Positions 15,993-23,437 of a DNA stretch of 45,069 bases are shown here, piece by piece (positions within the stretch are counted from its first letter, which is position 1; the number at the start of each line of letters is the position of its first letter). The stretch lies in IMG/VR virus record IMGVR_UViG_3300029607_000014, one strand, 5' to 3'. The translations under genes and the position numbers were made by a program. The notes under the pieces were generated by a model, which worked only from the letters and a program-made list of their open reading frames with translations, had not been told where the DNA came from and did not search any database. Origin of the DNA: a virus.

Positions 15993-16141
15993 TTTGTCAT
16001 CTGGCACGCAAGATGGCTCACCTCCTTGATTAAGGTTTTTGTTATTCATACTTTTCTTTTAAAAAAGAAATAAATATCCGAAACAACTCGTGGTAGGCAT
16101 AACACGTTAAATACCTTGCTAACCCGGGAATCCGGGTTATG

Positions 16142-16214
16142 TGGAATGTAGCTCAGTAGGAAGAGCGGAGATGCTGAATTCTTGACGTCAGAGGTTCAAG
16201 TCCTCTCATTCCAT
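16142..16214 (+). tRNA. tRNA-like gene, 73 nt, canonical acceptor/D/T arms but poorly paired anticodon stem (possible pseudo-tRNA; anticodon unassignable)
   Basis: tggaatg/cattcca acceptor; gctc-agtaggaa-gagc D arm; agagg-TTCAAGT-cctct T arm; anticodon stem gagat/tcttg has only 2 pairs. Confidence 0.5.
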
Positions 16215-16290
16215 TACCCTGCCAGTGGTCTAACTGGCTTAATCCATTTACCTGCGGCGGCAGGTCAATAAACACGACCAGGAGGATGTT

Positions 16291-16923
16291 ATGCAGAAAC
16301 TTATTGACACATTAAAATCATTTGGAATCGAAATCCCGGAAGATAAACAGGCAGATGTGAAGAAAGCACTCTCTGAGCATTACAAAAATGCTAAGGAAGT
16401 AGCAAAAACCCTGTCGAAAGTCGAGGGTGAACGTGATGACTGGAAAGAACGTGCTGAAGCAGCAGAAGAGACCCTGAAAGGTTTTGACGGTATCGACCCG
16501 GCAAATGTTAAAACCGAGTTAGAGACTTGGAAACAGAAAGCGGCAGATGCAGAGAAAGAATTCAACGCAAAAATCTATGACCGTGATTTCTCAGATGCAC
16601 TTAAAACAGCACTCGATGATGTTAAATTTTCCAGTGAGGCTGCAAAGAAATCAGTCATGGCAGACATCAAAGAAGCTGGATTAAAACTGAAAGACGGTAA
16701 AATCCTTGGACTGAACGATCTGATCGAGCAGATGAAGCAGTCTGACGCATCCGCTTTTGTGGATGAATCTCAGCAGCAGGCTCAGCAGAATCAGGCGAGA
16801 TTTACAACACATGTTGGACAGCAGCAGACACCGGGAAACATGACAAAGAAAGATATCGAAGCAATCAAAGACCCGTCCGAGAGACAGGCTGCAATTGCTC
16901 AGAATATCCAGTTATTCCAGTGA
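16291..16923 (+). CDS. scaffolding protein (phage GP20-like)
   Basis: 210 aa, highly charged helical (K/E/A/D), Q-rich tail, directly upstream of major capsid gene. Confidence 0.7.
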   Translation: MQKLIDTLKSFGIEIPEDKQADVKKALSEHYKNAKEVAKTLSKVEGERDDWKERAEAAEETLKGFDGIDPANVKTELETWKQKAADAEKEFNAKIYDRDFSDALKTALDDVKFSSEAAKKSVMADIKEAGLKLKDGKILGLNDLIEQMKQSDASAFVDESQQQAQQNQARFTTHVGQQQTPGNMTKKDIEAIKDPSERQAAIAQNIQLFQ

Positions 16924-16932
16924 TTTTTTTAC

Positions 16933-16996
16933 ACCGACTATACATCAGAGTATAGCCGCTAACCCAATACCTTAACAATTATGGGTAGAAAGGATT
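16933..16996 (+). promoter_or_regulatory. conserved 5' leader element A (hairpin + CGCTAACC + ..TAGAAAGGA RBS) before capsid gene
   Basis: gactatac-atcaga-gtatagc hairpin then CGCTAACC; homologous to 20429..20493. Confidence 0.55.
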
Positions 16997-17003
16997 TTTT
17001 TAT

Positions 17004-18173
17004 ATGGCAGCAAAAGCTAATCTTATTATGACTAATGATATTCAGGTAAAGGCACGTGAGATTGACTTTGTTACCAGATTCGAAAGAAACTGGCAGCACT
17101 TACGTGATATTCTGGGCATCATGAGACCTATCAAAAAACAGCCGGGTGCTGTACTGAAATCTAAGTACGCAGAGGGTACTTTGCAGAGCGGAAATGTTGG
17201 TGAGGGCGAGGAAATCCCTTACAGCAAATTCACTGTAAAAGAAAAGAACTATGCGGAAATGACTATCGAGAAGTACGCAAAGGCTGTATCTATCGAAGCA
17301 ATCAAGGATCACGGTTACGAGAACGCTGTTCAGATGACTGATGATGAATTTCTTTTCCAACTTCAGACTGACGTTACCGGCAGATTCTATGATTATCTGA
17401 AAACCGGTACGCTTACTTCCACAGAAACAACATTCCAGATGGCTCTGGCAATGGCTAAAGGTCGTGTTGAAAACAAATTCAAACAGATGCACAGAAATGT
17501 GACTGGTGTTGTTGGATTTGTGAACATTCTGGACGTATATGAATATCTCGGAGCGGCCGAGATTACTATTCAGAACCAGTTCGGATTCCAGTATATGAAG
17601 GACTTTATGGGATTCAATACAATCTTCCTGTTATCCGACAGCGAAATCCCGAGAGGACAGGTTATCGCTACTCCTGTTGAGAACATCGTACTTTACTATG
17701 TTGACCCGAACGAATCTGACTTCGCAAGAGCAGGTCTTGTATACACTGTGTCTGGCGAGACAAATCTGATCGGATTCCATACTCAGGGCAACTACCACAC
17801 AGCAGTATCCGAAGCGTTTGCGGTCATGGGTCTTACTCTTTTCGCAGAGTACATTGACGCAATCGCAGTAATTACCATTGACGAGACACCTACACTCGGT
17901 ACTCTGACAGTAAATTCTGTAGCAGGTTCAGCGACCGGAGATACAAAAATCACTGTAAATCCGGCTAAGGAAAATGCCGGCAATGTGTATAAATACAAAG
18001 TTGCAGCAGAAGCAGTAACTGTCGGATATGGACAGAATCTCAGAAACTGGACTACTTGGGACGGAAAAGCTGATATTAAGGCGGCAACCGGACAGAAGAT
18101 CACAGTGGTTGAGTGCGACGGAACATACAAAGCACTGAACGCCGGAAGTGCAAGCGTAACAGCGAAATCATAA
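17004..18173 (+). CDS. major capsid protein with C-terminal Ig-like extension
   Basis: 389 aa after scaffold; C-terminal TLGTLTVNSVAGSATGDTKITVNP...KITVVECDG resembles a Big_2-type domain. Confidence 0.75.
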   Translation: MAAKANLIMTNDIQVKAREIDFVTRFERNWQHLRDILGIMRPIKKQPGAVLKSKYAEGTLQSGNVGEGEEIPYSKFTVKEKNYAEMTIEKYAKAVSIEAIKDHGYENAVQMTDDEFLFQLQTDVTGRFYDYLKTGTLTSTETTFQMALAMAKGRVENKFKQMHRNVTGVVGFVNILDVYEYLGAAEITIQNQFGFQYMKDFMGFNTIFLLSDSEIPRGQVIATPVENIVLYYVDPNESDFARAGLVYTVSGETNLIGFHTQGNYHTAVSEAFAVMGLTLFAEYIDAIAVITIDETPTLGTLTVNSVAGSATGDTKITVNPAKENAGNVYKYKVAAEAVTVGYGQNLRNWTTWDGKADIKAATGQKITVVECDGTYKALNAGSASVTAKS

Positions 18174-18191
18174 ATGCAGGAGGTAACTGGC

Positions 18192-18686
18192 ATGGCTTAT
18201 GCAGATTATGAATTTTACACAACTTCATATTTCGGTTCAGTTGCGCCAGAAGCCGACTTCCCACGACTGGCGGAAAGAGCCAGTGATTTCGTGGACACAA
18301 TGACATTTGACAGACTGGTGGATGGACTGCCAACAAACGAACGCTCACAGAAGCGTATCAAAAAGGCGGTCTGTTCATTGGCTGAATTAATGTATCAGAT
18401 TGAGCTTGCTGAAAAGAATGCAATCAATCAGGCGTCAGCAAATGTGACCGACATAAATGCCGGTGGCAAATCAACAGGCATTGTAACATCTGTATCATCC
18501 GGCAGTGAATCCATCTCTTACGCAACACCTCAGCAGATTGGAGCGAGTGCAAAAGAGTGGAGTGCAGTGTATGCCGTCGCGGGAGATGCACAAAAAACGA
18601 ACGACTTGCTCTTAAAGACAGCTTTACCACTTCTGATGGGAGTAAGGACGGATAATGGAATACCAGTATTATATGCAGGAGTGTGA
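18192..18686 (+). CDS. head-tail connector (gp6-like adaptor)
   Basis: AGGAGG before ATG 18192; first gene after capsid; YADYEFYTTSYFG N-terminus typical of adaptor proteins. Confidence 0.6.
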   Translation: MAYADYEFYTTSYFGSVAPEADFPRLAERASDFVDTMTFDRLVDGLPTNERSQKRIKKAVCSLAELMYQIELAEKNAINQASANVTDINAGGKSTGIVTSVSSGSESISYATPQQIGASAKEWSAVYAVAGDAQKTNDLLLKTALPLLMGVRTDNGIPVLYAGV

Positions 18687-18690
18687 TTAT

Positions 18691-18960
18691 ATGGACATTT
18701 CAACATTAGGCTCATGTATAGCAATCGTTATGATCTGCTACATTGTAGGAATGGGCTGCAAAGCATCAAAGAGAATCTCTGACGAATGGATTCCAGTAAT
18801 CATGGCGGTTATTGGTGGAATTCTCGGAGCAGTCGGAATGGGAGTTATTCCAGACTTTCCGGCAACGGACTATATCACGGCAGTTGCGGTCGGCATGTTT
18901 AATGGATTGTCGGCTACTGGTGTGAATCAGGTTATTAAGCAGACAGTGCAGAAAGAATAA
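18691..18960 (+). CDS. holin-like small membrane protein (Hol44/phage_holin_5-like, 89 aa)
   Basis: Hydrophobic segments IAIVMICYIVGMG, IPVIMAVIGGILGAVGMGV, AVAVGMFNGLSATG; basic C-terminus KQTVQKE. Confidence 0.55.
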   Translation: MDISTLGSCIAIVMICYIVGMGCKASKRISDEWIPVIMAVIGGILGAVGMGVIPDFPATDYITAVAVGMFNGLSATGVNQVIKQTVQKE

Positions 18961-18976
18961 TTAAGGAGAGGGTATC

Positions 18977-19438
18977 ATGTACGAAAAAACTGTGACGATT
19001 TTTGATTATTATGAATCAGCCACGACAGGAGATGCGTACTGGTATCCTCATGTGCTATCCGGTATTGATCTCATTACGGACAAAGGAGCAATCCTTAAAA
19101 AGTACGGGCCAGACGCAACAGACAACGCACAGTTACACATCCATTATACTGTCCAGAACGGCGATATAACCATTGCTGACAGGAATGGCAAGATTCTCCC
19201 ATATGTACCGCCTAAAGAGTGGAAAAGACAGATTAACAACGCTCTGGAAGACACTATCACATTCTCAGATGAATCGTTCTTCTGGGAGGGTGAGTGGACT
19301 GGCGGAATAGTAACCGATGGCGATTACCGAAATGGATTCTATCAGTACATGAATCAAAATAAAGACAATGTATTCAAAATCACAAGCGTGGGTGGACCGT
19401 ACAGCCTGATTCCACACTTTGAAATTCTTGGTAAATAG
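18977..19438 (+). CDS. head-closure / head-tail joining protein
   Basis: Synteny between connector and tail genes; AAGGAGAGGG RBS. Confidence 0.5.
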   Translation: MYEKTVTIFDYYESATTGDAYWYPHVLSGIDLITDKGAILKKYGPDATDNAQLHIHYTVQNGDITIADRNGKILPYVPPKEWKRQINNALEDTITFSDESFFWEGEWTGGIVTDGDYRNGFYQYMNQNKDNVFKITSVGGPYSLIPHFEILGK

Positions 19439-19439
19439 C

Positions 19440-19931
19440 ATGAGCAGAACAAAGCATTTTAAAGGTTTTTCTATCGTTGATGGAGACATGAAAGTTAATC
19501 TGAATATGAGTCGTTTTTCAAGGCAGTACCAGGAAGCACAGTATCTCCTTGACGGAATGGTCATGGACAGCATGGTTCCATTCATGCCAATGATTACATC
19601 AAACTTTATTAACCGTACAAGAGCAGAAAGTACATCTTTACAAGGCAGTGGAAAAGTATGCGCGGCGGCGGCTCCTTACGGGCGTTTTCTGTACGAAGGA
19701 AAAGGAATGGTTGATGAAGCAACTGGAAGTCCCTACGCAAGACGTGGAGCAAAGAAAGTTCTCGTTAGTCAGTTTTCTGGTCAGACAGCTGCAAAGGAGA
19801 ATCTTGAATACACCAGACAGGTTCACCCACGGGCACAGGCAAAGTGGTTTGATGCCGCTAAACGACAATACGGCAGTACGTGGATTCGCAAAGTAAAAGC
19901 ACAAGCAGGAGGTGGACGACATGGCAGATAA
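19440..19931 (+). CDS. head-tail joining / minor capsid protein (HK97 gp10-like position)
   Basis: Synteny; start uncertain (TTG 19419 alternative). Confidence 0.5.
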   Translation: MSRTKHFKGFSIVDGDMKVNLNMSRFSRQYQEAQYLLDGMVMDSMVPFMPMITSNFINRTRAESTSLQGSGKVCAAAAPYGRFLYEGKGMVDEATGSPYARRGAKKVLVSQFSGQTAAKENLEYTRQVHPRAQAKWFDAAKRQYGSTWIRKVKAQAGGGRHGR

Positions 19932-20421
19932 GCCAATTGGCAAAGATGCAACCGGATATGAAATTTTGACAGACGCCATGAAGGCACTTCTGAACCAGTA
20001 TCCCGGGCTATACGAAAATGAAACAATCAAATTTGAGGAACTCGGCAAAGAATCCGGAATCGCTTTCTCAGCAGACAACGGAGCTTTAGTCTATTCGGAA
20101 AAAGAAGATGTATGTGGAGTAATGCATCAGGTATGCCAGTACCCATTTTATGTAGTATACCGCACAGCATCCGACAAGGAGCGACAGAAGTTATCTGTTC
20201 AGAAATTCCTTGACAATCTCGGCAAATGGATATGCCGGGAACCAGTTATCATAAACGGCTCTGAGACGCGCTTAAATGCTTTTCCAGAGCTTTCACAGGG
20301 GCGAGTGATAAAACGTATAACCCGTGATAATTCCTATGGTTTAGAGCCACAGGAGAACGGCGTACAGGACTGGTTATTACCATTATCAGTACGCTACGAA
20401 AACACTTATGAAGTAATATAA
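19921..20421 (+). CDS. tail completion / terminator-like protein
   Basis: AGGAGG before ATG 19921; last gene before major tail gene. Confidence 0.5.
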   Translation: MADKPIGKDATGYEILTDAMKALLNQYPGLYENETIKFEELGKESGIAFSADNGALVYSEKEDVCGVMHQVCQYPFYVVYRTASDKERQKLSVQKFLDNLGKWICREPVIINGSETRLNAFPELSQGRVIKRITRDNSYGLEPQENGVQDWLLPLSVRYENTYEVI

Positions 20422-20428
20422 CGTAACA

Positions 20429-20493
20429 ACCGACTATCAATTAGAGATAGTCGCTAACCTACACAGCCTTTTAAAAATGATAGGCAGAAAGGA
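20429..20493 (+). promoter_or_regulatory. conserved 5' leader element B (hairpin + CGCTAACC + ..GGCAGAAAGGA RBS) before major tail gene
   Basis: gactatc-aattaga-gatagtc hairpin then CGCTAACC; homologous to 16933..16996. Confidence 0.55.
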
Positions 20494-20500
20494 CATTTCT

Positions 20501-21001
20501 ATGCCAGTAACAGGAAAAATTGACCGTAAATATATGGCTCATTACATTGATGCCGGTTCTCTTTGTGGGGGACTGACGCCGAAGTTTGAACGTCTTGGAA
20601 AGGACCTGGAAGAGTACAACATCGAACTCAACCCGGATACCGAAACATCTAAAAATATTCTTGGAGAATCCACATTCAAGCATAACGGCTATGAAGTTTC
20701 TTCTGACGCTGATCCGTTCTATGCAGACACTACTTCTGATCTGTTCACAGCATTACAGAAGATTGTAGATGGACGTCTCAAAGACGATAACCTCAAGACA
20801 AAAGCAGTTGAGGTTCATCTTTGGACAGAAGCCACAGCGGGCAAGTATGAAGCATACCAGCAGGATTGCTACGTTGTGCCGACCTCCTACGGCGGTGATA
20901 CATCTGGATATCAGATTCCATTTACCGTGAACTATGTTGGAGAACGTACAAAAGGAAAATTTGATATCAGTTCCGGTACGTTCACAGCCGACAGTGAATA
21001 A
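20501..21001 (+). CDS. major tail protein
   Basis: 166 aa, position before two chaperone genes and tape measure. Confidence 0.7.
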   Translation: MPVTGKIDRKYMAHYIDAGSLCGGLTPKFERLGKDLEEYNIELNPDTETSKNILGESTFKHNGYEVSSDADPFYADTTSDLFTALQKIVDGRLKDDNLKTKAVEVHLWTEATAGKYEAYQQDCYVVPTSYGGDTSGYQIPFTVNYVGERTKGKFDISSGTFTADSE

Positions 21002-21027
21002 ACACATATACAAGGAGGGCGCGCTAA

Positions 21028-21453
21028 ATGGCAAAAGTAATTAATACCAAAATTGATGATGGAATTTTCATATTCACGTTTACCAACAATGAAGACGAAG
21101 TTTTTTCTTCTTTCAAATTGAACCCAACCGATATCAATGTGGCAGCACGTGCAGAAGAACTGGCAGAATATTTTGAGCAGCTCAAAGATTCCATTCAGAA
21201 AGTCACTTCCGGTAAAGAGATGGCTGAACTCAATAAACAGATTGAAGACAAAATCAACTATCTGCTCGGATATGAAGCGTCCAAAGATCTGTTCAAAGAA
21301 CCAATCACAGCAACTACTGTGTTCGGCAATGGTCAGGTATTCGCTTATATCGTTCTGGATAAGATCGCAGAAGCAATTGCGCCGGAAATCGAAAAGAGAA
21401 AAAAGAAAATGCAGGCAGCAGTTAATAAGTATACGGAGAAGTATACAAAATGA
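21028..21453 (+). CDS. tail assembly chaperone
   Basis: Acidic 141-aa protein between major tail and TMP. Confidence 0.6.
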   Translation: MAKVINTKIDDGIFIFTFTNNEDEVFSSFKLNPTDINVAARAEELAEYFEQLKDSIQKVTSGKEMAELNKQIEDKINYLLGYEASKDLFKEPITATTVFGNGQVFAYIVLDKIAEAIAPEIEKRKKKMQAAVNKYTEKYTK

Positions 21454-22022
21454 CCGCCTATGAGCTTCCCACCTCACTAAATATCAGTGGGGTGGATTTT
21501 TCTATCAGAACAGATTTTCGTGCGATTATTGATATTCTAATTGCCATGAATGATCCGGAATTAGACGAGCAGGCAAAAGCAGTTGTTATGTTGCAGATTC
21601 TGTTCGAGGATTGGCAGAGTATACCGCCGGAACACTTATCTGAAGCCTGTCAGAAGGCGTGTGAATTTATTGACTGTGGTCAGACTGATGATAACTCAAA
21701 CAAGCCAAAGCCCCGTTTGATGGACTGGGAACAGGACGGAGATATGATCGTACCGGCAGTAAACAAGGTTGCTGGAAAAGAAATCAGGTCCGTTCCGTAT
21801 ATGCATTGGTGGACGTTCTTCGGATACTTCATGGAATCCGGTGAATGCCTGTTCAATACGGTCGTTGGAATTCGTTCAAAAAAGGTAAAGGGCGAAAAGC
21901 TCGATAAATGGGAGAAGAAATTCTATCAAGAGAACAAGAATATTATTGATATAAAAACACGTCTCAGCGACGAGGAGCAAGCTTATAAAGATAAGCTGAA
22001 TGAGATGTTGAACCTTAAATAG
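21450..22022 (+). CDS. phage Gp15-family protein (second tail chaperone position)
   Basis: ATGA coupling; SGVDFSIRTDFRAIIDILIAMNDPEL pattern of Gp15-like proteins upstream of TMP. Confidence 0.6.
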   Translation: MTAYELPTSLNISGVDFSIRTDFRAIIDILIAMNDPELDEQAKAVVMLQILFEDWQSIPPEHLSEACQKACEFIDCGQTDDNSNKPKPRLMDWEQDGDMIVPAVNKVAGKEIRSVPYMHWWTFFGYFMESGECLFNTVVGIRSKKVKGEKLDKWEKKFYQENKNIIDIKTRLSDEEQAYKDKLNEMLNLK

Positions 22023-22037
22023 TTAGGAGGTGGACAC

Positions 22038-22538
22038 ATGGCTGCTGATGGCTCAGTCATTATTGATACCAGAATGGACACATCAGGCGTGCAAAACGGC
22101 GTATCAGCAATCAGACAGTCTTTTAACGGACTTGGCAGCGTAGTAAAAAAATTAGGTGTACTGATTGGCGGAGCATTCGCAATTGGGAAACTGGCCCAGT
22201 TTGGGCAAGAGTGCATAGAACTTGGCTCTAATCTGGCAGAAGTGCAAAACGTGGTCGATGTTACATTTACCACCATGTCGGATAAGGTTAATGAATTCGC
22301 AAAGAACGCCATGACCTCAGCCGGATTGTCCGAAACAATGGCTAAACGATATGTCGGTACGTTCGGAGCAATGTCAAAGTCGTTCGGATTCTCAGAAGCA
22401 CAGGCTTACGACATGTCAACGGCTCTAACACAGCTGACTGGTGATGTAGCATCATTTTACAACATTTCACAAGACTTGGCTTATATAAAACTGAAGTCGG
22501 TTTTTACAGGAGAAACGGAAACACTTAAAGACTTGGGT
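22038..22538 (+). CDS. tail tape-measure protein, exon 1
   Basis: Ends ...LTGDVASFYNISQDLAYIKLKSVFTGETETLKDLG then in-frame TAA at the proposed 5' splice site. Confidence 0.8.
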
Positions 22539-22656
22539 TAACAATTAGCTCCCTTACACAGCAATGTGTATTGAATAACATGGTGAACGAAGAAATCTTC
22601 GGTGTGTTGCTTTATGAGCAATGCTAACGGTAAAAGCCTAAAATTATTTAAAAAAC

Positions 22657-22685
22657 TTGTGGTTATGACACCTATATGATATAAT
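22657..22685 (+). promoter_or_regulatory. intron-internal promoter for the HNH ORF
   Basis: TTGTGG-17 nt-TATAAT with TGa extended -10, followed by AGGAGG. Confidence 0.5.
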
Positions 22686-22705
22686 ATTTATAGGAGGTGA
22701 TTTCC

Positions 22706-23248
22706 ATGAGTGAAGAAATTTGGAAAGATATTAAAGGCTATGAGGGTCTGTATCAAGTAAGTAATCTGGGAAGAATAAAAAGCCTTGAGCGTAGATGTAA
22801 AGCAAGATGGTATACAAGAAAAGTACCAGAGAAAATTTATTCTCCTGCGCTTGATACTTACGGCTATCCAATAGTCTCTTTGCATAAAGACGGCAAAAAG
22901 AAAACAATTACAATTCATAAATTGGTTGCAAATGCTTTTCTTAAAAAGCCGGACGGTTGCAATTCTATTAATCACATTGACGAAAACAAACAGAATAATT
23001 GCGTTGAAAATCTTGAATGGTGTACCGTTCAGGAAAACAATGCTTATGGAACGAGAGTAGAACGGCTAAGGAAAACTCAGCAAAGAGCAGTTTTACAATG
23101 TGATTTAGACGGAAACGTAATCAAAGAATGGGAAGGAATGAACTTCCTTTGCAGAGAGACAGGATACGATCAAGGTCTAATATCTAAAGTATGCAACAAT
23201 GTTTATAGGCATCGCACTGCATATGGGTTCAAATGGAAATTTAAATAA
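22706..23248 (+). CDS. HNH homing endonuclease (NUMOD4-like N-terminus + HNH_3-like)
   Basis: WKDIKGYEGLYQVSNLGRIKS; INHIDENKQNNCVENLEWCTVQENN. Confidence 0.85.
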   Translation: MSEEIWKDIKGYEGLYQVSNLGRIKSLERRCKARWYTRKVPEKIYSPALDTYGYPIVSLHKDGKKKTITIHKLVANAFLKKPDGCNSINHIDENKQNNCVENLEWCTVQENNAYGTRVERLRKTQQRAVLQCDLDGNVIKEWEGMNFLCRETGYDQGLISKVCNNVYRHRTAYGFKWKFK

Positions 23249-23275
23249 TCATGGTAATACCGTGCTAAGCATCGA

Positions 23276-23301
23276 AGAGTCTCGTTAAGAGGCTCTTTTT
23301 T
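23276..23301 (+). terminator. hairpin + U5 after HNH ORF (terminator-like or intron peripheral stem)
   Basis: agagtctc-gttaa-gaggctct then ttttt. Confidence 0.35.
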
Positions 23302-23437
23302 GATGAAAGTGTAACGACTATTCCGCGAGGAAGTAGGTTTAAGGTGAAATTCCCTATTCCGAAGTGCCATGCATCCTATTTGGATGAAGAGATAGTCTAC
23401 TCCCCTAATAAATATCGGGAAACCGAGGGTATAAAGG

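Larger units (their letters stand above)
22539..23437 (+). mobile_element. group I intron (899 nt) with embedded HNH homing-endonuclease ORF
   Basis: U22538-G22548 wobble in a 7-bp P1 hairpin; GNRA hairpin 22555..22570; P7-like gactat(23316)/atagtc(23392) within R/S-like strings; terminal G23437; splicing restores TMP frame. Confidence 0.75.

Noticed and set aside
15275-16049. Minus-strand ORFs 15275..15880 (201 aa) and 15852..16049 (65 aa).
   Set aside because: The first is antisense to a well-supported RBS-bearing + gene. The second runs through the tRNA-like and hairpin region with no RBS. Both look like shadow ORFs.
16121-16138. The perfect hairpin aacccgg-gaat-ccgggtt, considered as a terminator.
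   Set aside because: It has no downstream U tract and directly abuts the tRNA-like element. It is more likely part of the structured leader or a processing signal.
21137-21463. Alternate +frame ORF (108 aa) inside the tail chaperone, considered as a programmed-frameshift (G/GT-like) product.
   Set aside because: It lies wholly within 21028..21453 and ends at the same place, so it does not extend the protein. I saw no slippery heptamer. The Gp15-like gene is a separate ATGA-coupled ORF.
20932-21477. 181-aa minus-strand ORF over the tail chaperone gene.
   Set aside because: It is a shadow ORF of an acidic + strand gene. It has no RBS and would break the conserved tail-module synteny.
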